Shown here piece by piece: positions 17,453 to 26,545 of a stretch of DNA of 40,522 bases (the first letter of the stretch is position 1; every line of letters starts with the position of its first letter). Source of the DNA: Leptolinea sp. (GTDB taxonomy: Bacteria > Chloroflexota > Anaerolineae > Anaerolineales > Anaerolineaceae); the NCBI GenBank assembly GCA_037143255.1, contig JBAWYZ010000001.1, positions 1-40,522 of the forward strand, given 5' to 3'. Made by a program: the position numbers and the translations under genes. The notes beneath the pieces were generated by a model, which did no database searches, was not told the DNA's origin, and saw only the letters and a list, made by a program, of their open reading frames with translations.

Positions 17453-18891
17453 TCGGTAAGTCCCGTTGCCGGCATGCGCCAACCCCAATTGCCGCCGGTC
17501 TTTCCTGGGAAGTTCATACGAGCCGGTGTATCCAGACTGAGAAAATCCTGCAAGGGAGCAATGGCAATTCGGGCAACGGATTGCCAGACAGCTCGAATCA
17601 TTTCCCAGGGGATGCCGTTTGAATCACATGCCAGGTATCTACGGCAAAAATCACGTTCCACTTCTGGAGCGGTTTTATACCAGCCGATGGTCGTGTCATT
17701 ATCATGGGTACCGGTGTAGGCAACGCAATTAACTGGGTAATTATGCGGGAGAAACGAATCTTCGGGATCACTGGCAAATGCAAATTGGCCTATCTTCATT
17801 CCGGGTAGATGAAATTGATCTCGCAATTTGATGACATCAGGCGTGATTTCACCCAGGTCTTCTGCAATAATCGGAAGACTTCCCAGAGCATTAGATAGTT
17901 TGGAAAAAAAGTCAGCTCCAGGGCCGGGAGCCCAGCGGCCGTGTTCTGCGGTTGGCATGCTGGCTGGAATTTCCCAGTATCCGGCAAATCCGCGGAAATG
18001 GTCCAACCGGATGAAATCAAACAGCGATAAGGTTGCCCGAATGCGCTCAATCCACCAGGCGTAACCATTCTGGCGATGATAGTCCCACTTGAATAGCGGG
18101 TTTCCCCATAGTTGGCCTGTTGCTGAAAAGTAATCTGGTGGAACTCCGGCAACAAACTGTAGAGAGCCGCGTGCATCAACATAGAATAATTCCGGGTGCG
18201 ACCAGACATCGGCGGAATCATACGCCACAAAAAGGGGGATATCCCCGATGATTTTTAGCCCCAGATTATTTACATACATGTGCAATTGATCCCATTGCCG
18301 GAAGAAAAGAAATTGACGGAATTGGTGGTATTGGATTTCGTTTGAATGATTACCAGCGAATCTGTCAAGTGCAGTTTTATCCCGTTTCCGCAATTCTTGC
18401 GGCCATTCATTCCAGGCCTTCCCCCCAATTTGCTCTTTGATTGCCATGAAAAGACTGAAATCATCCAACCAACCTTTTGTTTTTTGTTTAAATAGGTTGA
18501 ATTCTTCTGTCAATACGGCAGGATGGATTTTATTGAACCGGTCAAACGCAATCATTAAAAGAGAATTCTTCCATTGAATGACTCTGCCGAAATCCACCTG
18601 ATCATTCGGGAGGTTTGGCCGTTGAGTTAGATCAGAGCGCTGGATTAACCGATCATCCATCAAGAGCGCTGGGCTGACAAGGTAAGGGTTTCCTGCAAAA
18701 GCAGAAAAACACTGATAAGGTGAGTCACCATAACCTGTCGGGCCGAGCGGGAGGACTTGCCAGAGCGTGAAACCTGCTTTATGAATAGAATCTACCCATT
18801 GATAGGCAGCCGGGCCCAAGTCGCCTATTCCATCCGGCCCGGGTAGGCTGGTTGGATGCAATAGAACACCAGCCTGGCGCTTAAAGTTCAT
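17377..18891 (-). CDS. malQ: 4-alpha-glucanotransferase (amylomaltase, GH77)
   Basis: GVLLHPTSLPG, WQVLPLGP, GQLWGNP, RLDHFRGF, IIAEDLG, YTGTHDNDT. Confidence 0.96.
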   Translation of the reverse strand: MNFKRQAGVLLHPTSLPGPDGIGDLGPAAYQWVDSIHKAGFTLWQVLPLGPTGYGDSPYQCFSAFAGNPYLVSPALLMDDRLIQRSDLTQRPNLPNDQVDFGRVIQWKNSLLMIAFDRFNKIHPAVLTEEFNLFKQKTKGWLDDFSLFMAIKEQIGGKAWNEWPQELRKRDKTALDRFAGNHSNEIQYHQFRQFLFFRQWDQLHMYVNNLGLKIIGDIPLFVAYDSADVWSHPELFYVDARGSLQFVAGVPPDYFSATGQLWGNPLFKWDYHRQNGYAWWIERIRATLSLFDFIRLDHFRGFAGYWEIPASMPTAEHGRWAPGPGADFFSKLSNALGSLPIIAEDLGEITPDVIKLRDQFHLPGMKIGQFAFASDPEDSFLPHNYPVNCVAYTGTHDNDTTIGWYKTAPEVERDFCRRYLACDSNGIPWEMIRAVWQSVARIAIAPLQDFLSLDTPARMNFPGKTGGNWGWRMPATGLTDELINRIHEINWLYNRLPEIKKKKK

Positions 18892-20131
18892 CCGGTAATT
18901 TCCGAGTATGAAGGATTCCGGCAGATAGTATTACATTTCCCGTATAGTCAGACGGGAGAACATCCGGCCCGATGGTCCCGCCAGATTGAATTGTGTAGTT
19001 ATCAGGGATGACGCTATTTTTCCCTACCATGGAAATTTGAGGTTGGTTCGCTGATCCGATAGTGCAGTTGCAGCCTACCACTACTCCCTTATCCAAAATG
19101 CTATGGTAGATTAGGCTATTTTCGCCAATTATGCAATTTGTCAAAATGATAGAGTCTTCTATAGTAACATTACCATGAATTTTCACCCCGGGCGATAGAA
19201 TGCTGTGGGTGATGCGTGAACCGCTAGCAATAGAGCAGCCGTCAGAGATCATGCTGTTTTCAATAATCGTGTTTTTGGATAGCCTGACCGGCGGTTGCTC
19301 TTCTGTGCGGGTATGAATAACCCAATTACGGTTATCTAATTCCAGAGATGGTGGTTCATTTAATAAATCCATATGCGCTTGCCAGTAAGATTGCACTGTA
19401 CCGACATCCACCCAGTAACCTTCATACGGGAAAGCGCAAACTCGCGAACCTTTTGCAATCATTGAAGGAATAATATCTTTCCCAAAATCATGGGAGGAAT
19501 TTTTATTGAAATGATCATTCCAAAGGGCATCATCTAATGCCTGTTGCTTGAATAGGTAAACACCCATGTTGACCAGGTTTGAAGTAGGATTTTTTGGTTT
19601 TTCAACGAATCCGGTTACCTGTTGTTTTTCATCTACTGTGACTATACCAAACCGGGAGGCCTCCGCTATCGGGACACGGATTGTGGCCATGGTCAGATCT
19701 GCATCGCTGGCGAGATGAAATTCGATCATGGCTTCATAATTCATCGTATAGACGTGATCTCCAGAAAGGATTAGCAGTAAATCTGGGTCACCTTTTTTAA
19801 TGAAATTATAGTTTTGTTGCACGGCATCGGCCGTTCCTACGAACCAGCCGGTTTTGCGGGCTTTATATGGCGTAAATATTCTGACGCCGCCGGTAAAATC
19901 GCGATTCAAATCCCATGGCCCGCCGGCGCCAATGTGTTCGATTAATGAGTGGGGGCGGTACTGCGCGATGATTAATACATCAAAAATGCGCGAGTTCACG
20001 CAATTTGACAGGGGGAAATCAATAATCCGATATTTTCCCGCATAGGGGACGGCTGGTTTCGTCCTTTTTGCGGTCAAGACACCCAAACGGGTACCTTCAC
20101 CCCCGGCTAATATGATCGCCCGAATTATCAT
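18881..20131 (-). CDS. glgC: Glucose-1-phosphate adenylyltransferase
   Basis: LAGGEGTRL..LT..RTKPAVP, GTADAV, LSGDHVY, FVEKP, DFGKDIIP, YWVDVGT, C-terminal hexapeptide repeats. Confidence 0.95.
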   Translation of the reverse strand: MIIRAIILAGGEGTRLGVLTAKRTKPAVPYAGKYRIIDFPLSNCVNSRIFDVLIIAQYRPHSLIEHIGAGGPWDLNRDFTGGVRIFTPYKARKTGWFVGTADAVQQNYNFIKKGDPDLLLILSGDHVYTMNYEAMIEFHLASDADLTMATIRVPIAEASRFGIVTVDEKQQVTGFVEKPKNPTSNLVNMGVYLFKQQALDDALWNDHFNKNSSHDFGKDIIPSMIAKGSRVCAFPYEGYWVDVGTVQSYWQAHMDLLNEPPSLELDNRNWVIHTRTEEQPPVRLSKNTIIENSMISDGCSIASGSRITHSILSPGVKIHGNVTIEDSIILTNCIIGENSLIYHSILDKGVVVGCNCTIGSANQPQISMVGKNSVIPDNYTIQSGGTIGPDVLPSDYTGNVILSAGILHTRKLPDEL

Positions 20132-21603
20132 TTGCTTTTCCTTAGGGAATTATATTCAGCAGCATATTTTGCGGCGGAATTATTCCAAGAAAAGTCTAAT
20201 TTCATTGCATTTTTCTGAATTATTTCCCAGCGGGATTGATCTATGAAAGTATTAAGCGCTCTTTCAATCGCATTTTCGCATTCTTTCGCGGTGGCATTTT
20301 GGAAAAGAATACCGGTCTGTCCGTTGAGAGAATTCGAGTCGGTGATTGTGTCTCGCAATCCCCCGGTGTTTCTGGCTACGGGAATACATCCATAGCGCAT
20401 CGCAATCATCTGGGTTAATCCACAGGGCTCATAACGGGAGGGGATGACGATCATGTCACCCGCGGCGTAAAGTTGATGAGAAAGGGTCTGGTCAAAGCGG
20501 TGTAACCATCTGACTCGTTCCGGGTACTCATCCTCAAAAGCCCGGCAGGCATCTTCTAATAGCGGATCGCCAACGCCCAAGATGATAACCTGGAATTTAC
20601 GTTCAGTCAGATTCTGAAGGGCTTGGATGGCAAAATCAAGGCCTTTTTGTTGATCCAGTCGGGAGATCATGATAATCAGCGGGGTGCGCTCATTAAATTC
20701 CATGCCGAGCCGCGCGATAATTTCCTGTTTGTTATTCAGCTTCTTATGGAGGGATGATTTTGAATAATTGGCTACTAATACTGGATCGGTAAGTGGATTC
20801 CATAGAGTTGTGTCCAGACCATTTAAAATTCCGGTAACTTTTTCGGTGCAAGTAAAAAAGAATCCATCCAACCCGCAGCTAAATTCAGGGGTAAGAATCT
20901 CTTGAGCATATCCTGGAGAAACTGCGATAATCCGATCAGCAGTGGAAAAACCCATCGGAAGCGGCATATATCTGGACCATTTGGGCAATCGAAAATCGCT
21001 GCTGGAAGGAATTTCAAAGGTTTCCAACCCCGCTTGCGTACCGCCGCCCATAAAAGGCAGGTTATGAACCCCCAGAATTGTTCGGGCATTATTATAAAAG
21101 CCATTGAAGGCATGCGGTTGGCGGATTAAAAAAGGCATGAGAGCCGTATGCCAGTCGTTGACATGCAGAATATCAGGTTGCCAATTTTGTCGGCGACAGA
21201 ATTCCAATACAGCGATGGAAAAGAAAGCGAATTTTTTCCCATCAATAAGTGGATTCGAATCATAAACGGGGGAATCAACCGGGATTGGATTTCCGGCAAT
21301 TAAATACACCGGCATATTTGTATCATTGCATAAGAACACTTCTGTCTGAATTGGTGCTTCAATACTCCCAATTACAAACGAGTCAATTTTTTCCGTTTGA
21401 AATCGGTCGAGCGGAATTTTGCTGTGAAATGGAATGAAAATACGCAAATCCAGCTTCGGCAGATTAGGTGAATTCTGAAAGTAAGTCTGGAGTGCGTACG
21501 GTAATGATCCGGCAACATCACCCAACCCGCCGATTTTAATAAACGGTTCTGCTTCAGAAGCTGAGAAGAGGACTTTTAATGGTTCTTTAGAATCAGATTT
21601 CAT
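20128..21603 (-). CDS. glgA: Glycogen synthase (GT5)
   Basis: KIGGLGDV, HVNDWHT, GILNGLD, SRLDQQKG, PSRYEPCGLTQM. Confidence 0.95.
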   Translation of the reverse strand: MKSDSKEPLKVLFSASEAEPFIKIGGLGDVAGSLPYALQTYFQNSPNLPKLDLRIFIPFHSKIPLDRFQTEKIDSFVIGSIEAPIQTEVFLCNDTNMPVYLIAGNPIPVDSPVYDSNPLIDGKKFAFFSIAVLEFCRRQNWQPDILHVNDWHTALMPFLIRQPHAFNGFYNNARTILGVHNLPFMGGGTQAGLETFEIPSSSDFRLPKWSRYMPLPMGFSTADRIIAVSPGYAQEILTPEFSCGLDGFFFTCTEKVTGILNGLDTTLWNPLTDPVLVANYSKSSLHKKLNNKQEIIARLGMEFNERTPLIIMISRLDQQKGLDFAIQALQNLTERKFQVIILGVGDPLLEDACRAFEDEYPERVRWLHRFDQTLSHQLYAAGDMIVIPSRYEPCGLTQMIAMRYGCIPVARNTGGLRDTITDSNSLNGQTGILFQNATAKECENAIERALNTFIDQSRWEIIQKNAMKLDFSWNNSAAKYAAEYNSLRKSK

Positions 21604-21633
21604 CCGTGAGTGAATCTCGCTTTTTCAGGAAGA

Positions 21634-23616
21634 TTATGTGGATGCTTCAACCATTTCGAAATAGTCTTTTGAAACTGCATCTTCAAGAGATGCGCCGAGC
21701 GCTTTCAGGAGGTCTTCGGCCAATTGCGCTTTTTTCTCTGCATCTTGTTCGCTCCAAGTCCGGCTTTTTACTTCCAGAAATGACCCTAACTTTGGAGCAT
21801 TAAATTGATCGATATTGATGAAAAATTCCGTATCTTTATACGTTACCAGGTATCGTTTGCGGTCTTTCTCGATTTCAATGGTGCGTTGCGGTTTGAAGTA
21901 TTCTTTATAAAATCTTAAACTCTGAGCGGCTGGGGCGAGATATCGGCTGCGGGAGAGAAGCACATCTTGCTTGAATGGATGTTCTCGCGTTAGTCCAACT
22001 AAAGTGAGGCGGCTGCGCACATTGGTGATTTCATTAGATTCTGCCACAAAATGGTCTTCCCGATAGCGTACATAGCCTTGAGAGGCATCTTCAAACTGCA
22101 TATAAGCATCAAACTGACGATAATGGCGCAACCGAATTATGGATATGTCTTTATTGTTTTGGATTGCTGTGATGACATTATCAACGGAAGGAATAGCAAC
22201 TTTGGCCTGAACTTCAAAGCTTTCTTCCTCAGTAGCCCCGCCAATGGCAATGAGTTTCGATATAACCGATTGTTCGCGGTGATGAAGGAAAAGATCAATT
22301 TTGCGTGCATAATCCTGGCTGGCCAGCAGTAGATCGTCTTCTTTGAGTGTGGTAAGGATTTTGTCTTGCATCAACCAGCGACCATTGACCATTACATCGG
22401 TGACATCGGATGCTTTGGCTGCATAAATAATCTGCGCGTAGACATTGGTTGGATCTCTTTGGAATCTTGGAGAGTTATGCAAGGGAGTGAGGTCCAGGAG
22501 GACCATGTCAGCTCGCTTACCAACCTGGAGCGAACCAGTGATATCTCCAATATGTAAGGCTTCTGCACCCATACGGGTTCCCATCAACAGCGTAGTTCTA
22601 GCCGGGAGGGCTGTTGGGTCGCCCGAACTCAGTTTAGCGAGGAATGCTGCCAGGCGCATTTCTTCAAACATATCCAGGTCATTGTTTGAAGCTGGGCCAT
22701 CAGTTCCAATACCAACTTTGACTCCCAATTCGAGCAGACGCCTCACAGGGGCCGCTCCAGAAGCCAGTTTCATATTTGAGGATGGATTATGGGCAACCCC
22801 CGCGCCAGAATGGAGCAGAGTTCGTATTTCTCCTTCATCAATGTGAACACAATGAGCCGCAATCACTTTTGCGTCAAAAAGGTTCTGCTTTTTCATGAAA
22901 GGTATTACCGGAATCCCGTTTTCATTGCGCATGTTTTCCACTTCAAGCGCAGTTTCTGCCAGATGAGTATGCAATGGGACATCATATTCTACTGCCAGGG
23001 CAGCGCTTGCTTTTAATATCTCAGTGGTGCAAGTGTATGTGGCGTGCGGTGAAACGGCTGGAACAATGAGATCGTGACCCTTCCATTTTTTAATAAAATC
23101 GCGGGCCATTTCCAGCGAATCTTCAAAAGACCGGGCATCTGGAGTTGGGAATTTCAAGATCGACTGGCCGCAAACCGCCCGAACGCCGGCAGATTCCGCT
23201 GCGCGGGCAACATGTTCTTCAAAATAGTACATATCCGCAAAACAGGTTATGCCAGAACGGATCATTTCGGCGCAAGCAAGTCGGGTGCCTAATTCAACAA
23301 AATCCGGTGAAACAAATTCACGTTCCACCGGCATCATATACCCCATCAACCAAACATCCAGGCGGAGGTCGTCAGCTAGTCCTCGTAATAATGTCATAGG
23401 CACATGGGTATGGGCATTAACCAAACCGGGCATTAAAACCTTCCGTTTGCAGTTAAATGTTTTTGGAGAAGAGAAACACTTTAGCACATCCGTCTCCAAC
23501 CCAACCGCTGCGATCGAATTTCCCAATATTGCAACAGCGCCAGGTTCATAGGTGTGAAATTCTTCATCCATTGTTAAAATGACCGCATTGGTGAGGATTA
23601 AATCAGCTGTTTTCAT
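21634..23616 (-). CDS. MtaD-like 5'-methylthioadenosine/SAH deaminase fused to a C-terminal CYTH-like domain
   Basis: Amidohydrolase motifs NAHTH, HTHLAET, HNPSSNMKL, GTDGPASNN. Residues ~463-660 carry EVQAK, YVRYRE, KDRKRY, IDQF and FLEVK, a CYTH-like pattern. Confidence 0.85.
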   Translation of the reverse strand: MKTADLILTNAVILTMDEEFHTYEPGAVAILGNSIAAVGLETDVLKCFSSPKTFNCKRKVLMPGLVNAHTHVPMTLLRGLADDLRLDVWLMGYMMPVEREFVSPDFVELGTRLACAEMIRSGITCFADMYYFEEHVARAAESAGVRAVCGQSILKFPTPDARSFEDSLEMARDFIKKWKGHDLIVPAVSPHATYTCTTEILKASAALAVEYDVPLHTHLAETALEVENMRNENGIPVIPFMKKQNLFDAKVIAAHCVHIDEGEIRTLLHSGAGVAHNPSSNMKLASGAAPVRRLLELGVKVGIGTDGPASNNDLDMFEEMRLAAFLAKLSSGDPTALPARTTLLMGTRMGAEALHIGDITGSLQVGKRADMVLLDLTPLHNSPRFQRDPTNVYAQIIYAAKASDVTDVMVNGRWLMQDKILTTLKEDDLLLASQDYARKIDLFLHHREQSVISKLIAIGGATEEESFEVQAKVAIPSVDNVITAIQNNKDISIIRLRHYRQFDAYMQFEDASQGYVRYREDHFVAESNEITNVRSRLTLVGLTREHPFKQDVLLSRSRYLAPAAQSLRFYKEYFKPQRTIEIEKDRKRYLVTYKDTEFFINIDQFNAPKLGSFLEVKSRTWSEQDAEKKAQLAEDLLKALGASLEDAVSKDYFEMVEAST

Positions 23617-23635
23617 TTTTACCTTTCCCTACTTA

Positions 23636-24784
23636 TTATTTGGTTCTATTGTATAGATAACGTCGAATAAAATCCAATATCTGGTTTTCAGCCCAGAGTT
23701 GTGCCAACTCAGGGTGTCCACCGTGCGAGCGGTTTACTGCTTGTTGGCCATCTGGCGATGTGAATGTGAGGGCTAGGTTTGTCTGATTTTTTGCAGGAAA
23801 AAGATCTGCGCGAATGATGATTTCAAAGCCAGAAGTTCTGGCTATTTCCAATTCAGGGGATGAAAGAGAATCTTCTACTGCGCAAAAAAGTAATATCCTT
23901 TTTGTTTCGAGTGCAGTTATTCTGGATTCCAACCCTTTTCCAAAACCATGCAGCAAAATGAAAGCTCTCCAATCGTTGTCGGCAAGTAATTGATTTACAT
24001 TTTGCTCAAGCGAGACTTCGTTTTCTCCAAAATACGCGTCGCCAATGCGGCGAAGGATTTCATCCCGCATTATTTGAACCATACGGTTGGCCTCGTATTC
24101 AGAATCTCCCCGGGCTGTCACCCGGATGTCCGTGCTACCCGGATGAGCCAATAATCCGACTGTCGGGTTGGAGCCTGCTTCCAGGTCGGAAACCCACTCA
24201 TCGATTTGTGATTCGCCTACACCGGATGTATGAATGACCAGGGATTTCAACACCGATCGCAATTGAAATCGTTTATGCAGTATGGGAAAGACGCTTTTCT
24301 CTAAAAGCGTTTCTAATTCGCGGGGGACGCCGGGCAGGCAAATGACGATACTTTCACCAATCTCAATTGAAAATGCCGGAGCTGTTCCTACTGGATTGAG
24401 GATGGCATGGGCGCCTTTGGGAAGATATGCCTGGCGGCGGTTGTTTTCGGTAGGAGAACGTCCGTACCGCCGGAATCTTTCCTGGATTTCAGCCCAGAGC
24501 TCAGCATGAAACTCCATCTCAACGCCTGCAGCCATGCCTACTGCTTCACGGGTAGCGTCATCGATTGTCGGGCCAAGGCCACCACAAGTGATGACTATGT
24601 CTGACCTGGAAGCCGCATCTTTTATCGATTGGGCAATTCTCATTGGGTTATCACCAATAATAATGGCCCGATAAAAATCTATCCCGGCGTTACGAAGTTG
24701 GCAGGCCAAGTAGCGGGTGTTTGTGTCTTGAATTTCTCCTAAAAGGAGTTCAGTACCAATAGCAATGGTTTCAGCAATAGGCAT
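23636..24784 (-). CDS. cinA: CinA-like protein: intact N-terminal COG1058/MocF domain, degenerate C-terminal PncC-like region
   Basis: IGTELLLGEIQDTN, GGLGPTIDDAT, NPVGTAP, LPGVPRE, GVGESQID. The C-terminus lacks AESCTGG. Confidence 0.8.
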   Translation of the reverse strand: MPIAETIAIGTELLLGEIQDTNTRYLACQLRNAGIDFYRAIIIGDNPMRIAQSIKDAASRSDIVITCGGLGPTIDDATREAVGMAAGVEMEFHAELWAEIQERFRRYGRSPTENNRRQAYLPKGAHAILNPVGTAPAFSIEIGESIVICLPGVPRELETLLEKSVFPILHKRFQLRSVLKSLVIHTSGVGESQIDEWVSDLEAGSNPTVGLLAHPGSTDIRVTARGDSEYEANRMVQIMRDEILRRIGDAYFGENEVSLEQNVNQLLADNDWRAFILLHGFGKGLESRITALETKRILLFCAVEDSLSSPELEIARTSGFEIIIRADLFPAKNQTNLALTFTSPDGQQAVNRSHGGHPELAQLWAENQILDFIRRYLYNRTK

Positions 24785-24998
24785 AGTTTTATATGAGGGA
24801 CGGTCTAGTTTACGGTAGAATTGAAAGCTAGTGTAGCATGAAATTGTAAAAATGCCAAAACCAGGTTTATTCTCTTTTTCACCGGCAGGTTATGGGTTCA
24901 ACAAGAAGTTGGGACAACTACTTATCCGATTATGCCACGTTGGGATACCGGATGCATTAAAGTACCAAGAGAATTTCAAAACGGAGTTTGACTAGAAT

Positions 24999-25373
24999 AT
25001 GAGCCGTAATCAGAGTTTGGGCAAATGGGGCGAGAATATTGCAGCCGATTATTTGATTCGGAAAGGATATGAAATTTTATTTAGAAACTGGCGTTCACCA
25101 TACGGCGAACTGGATTTAATTGCCAATAAAGGCGAAGTTATTTCCTTCGTAGAAGTAAAAACCAGGCGGGGAATTGCTTTAGGGTGGCCAGAAGAGTCGA
25201 TAACCCCTACGAAACAAGAGCATTTAATCAATACAAGTCAGGCATTTTTTGATGAAAACGAAAAATATGTTGACTGCCAATATCAAATTGATGTAATCGC
25301 CATTCTGGTCGAATCGCAAGAGCAGCGGTCTTTTCAGATTCGGCATTATGAAAATGCTGTAACAGGGTTATGA
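24999..25373 (+). CDS. yraN: YraN family (UPF0102) nuclease-like protein
   Basis: GKWGENIAADYL, RNWRSPYGELDLIA, FVEVKTR. Confidence 0.92.
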   Translation: MSRNQSLGKWGENIAADYLIRKGYEILFRNWRSPYGELDLIANKGEVISFVEVKTRRGIALGWPEESITPTKQEHLINTSQAFFDENEKYVDCQYQIDVIAILVESQEQRSFQIRHYENAVTGL

Positions 25374-26287
25374 AAAAACAGCCGATTATTGTGATTGTTG
25401 GGCCGACTGCAAGCGGCAAAACAGATGTCTCTATTCAATTGGCATCCAAGCTGAATGGCGAGATTATTTCCGCAGATTCTCGTCAGTTTTATCAGCGCAT
25501 GGATATTGGCACAGCAAAACCAACAAATGCTGAATTGGCATTAGTTCCGCATCATTTGATTAATGTAGCCAATCCGTCCGCTCCGTGGTCTCTGGCAATG
25601 TTTCAAGAATCAGCGAAAAAGTGCATTGAAGAACTATATTCCCGCTCAAAAGTACCGTTTATCGTGGGTGGAACAGGGCAATATGTGTGGGGTTTGATTG
25701 AAGGTTGGCTGGTTCCCTCTCAGCCGATAAACCCGGCATTGCGCAATAGTCTGGAAGCATGGGCAGTCGATTTGGGAGCGCAGGGAATTCATCAAGTTTT
25801 GTCTCGGTTGGATCCGCCAGCCGGTGAGATTGTGCAGGTTGAGAATATCCGCCGGACAGTGCGCGCCTTAGAAGTAATATTTAGTAGCGGGAAGCGCTTT
25901 TCTGATCAAAGATTAAAGAATCCACCCGATTATGATTTTCTGATTCTGGGCATAACCTGGGATCGACTGGCGTTATATCAAAGGGTTGACATGCGGATCG
26001 AGATCATGTTGAATACCGGTCTGGTAGAGGAAGTGCGAAGTTTGCTGGATTCTGGTTTAGATCCGCAAACGTCAGCGATGTCGGCAATCGGGTATCGTGA
26101 AATTGTAGGTTACCTGACCGGTATGCACAGTCTTGAAGAGGCAGTTGTGTTGATGAAGAGGAATACGCGGCAATATATCCGCCGGCAGGCAAACTGGTTT
26201 AAGGTAACCGATCCGCGGATTGCCTGGTTTCAGGCGGGCAATCAATTAGCGGAACGAATGGAGAAGTACATCAATAATAGGGGATAA
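25370..26287 (+). CDS. miaA: tRNA dimethylallyltransferase
   Basis: GPTASGKT, SADSRQFY..MDIGTAKP, VGGTGQY, AIGYRE, TRQYIRRQANWF. Confidence 0.96.
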   Translation: MKKQPIIVIVGPTASGKTDVSIQLASKLNGEIISADSRQFYQRMDIGTAKPTNAELALVPHHLINVANPSAPWSLAMFQESAKKCIEELYSRSKVPFIVGGTGQYVWGLIEGWLVPSQPINPALRNSLEAWAVDLGAQGIHQVLSRLDPPAGEIVQVENIRRTVRALEVIFSSGKRFSDQRLKNPPDYDFLILGITWDRLALYQRVDMRIEIMLNTGLVEEVRSLLDSGLDPQTSAMSAIGYREIVGYLTGMHSLEEAVVLMKRNTRQYIRRQANWFKVTDPRIAWFQAGNQLAERMEKYINNRG

Positions 26288-26370
26288 AACTGGTGGTAGG
26301 GTTTATTTGAAATTCTCGAGTTAGCCTTATAGGCGATTGTAGATAATACTCAGGTATAAAAAAATTTCAG

Positions 26371-26410
26371 CCACGAAGCACATTAAAAACACGAAAAATG
26401 GATAAAAATA
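26371..26410 (+). repeat. Dispersed ~40-bp intergenic repeat, copy 1
   Basis: ccacgaagcacattaaaaacacgaaaaatggataaaaata; similar to 32380-32420. Confidence 0.6.
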
Positions 26411-26512
26411 ATTGGTGCCAAGGCGGTGCACTATAGCCTAATTCTGATGATTATTTAATTGTTCCTTCTCACCGATTTTCAAAAAATTTTTGCAGAGAAG
26501 TTATGAAGGAAG

Positions 26513-26540
26513 AAAAAAGACCCGTTTCCGAGTCTTTTTT
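26513..26540 (-). terminator. Intrinsic, possibly bidirectional, terminator after ftsH
   Basis: Minus strand AAAAAA-GACTCG-GAAA-CGGGTC-TTTTTT. Confidence 0.8.
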
Positions 26541-26545
26541 GTAAT

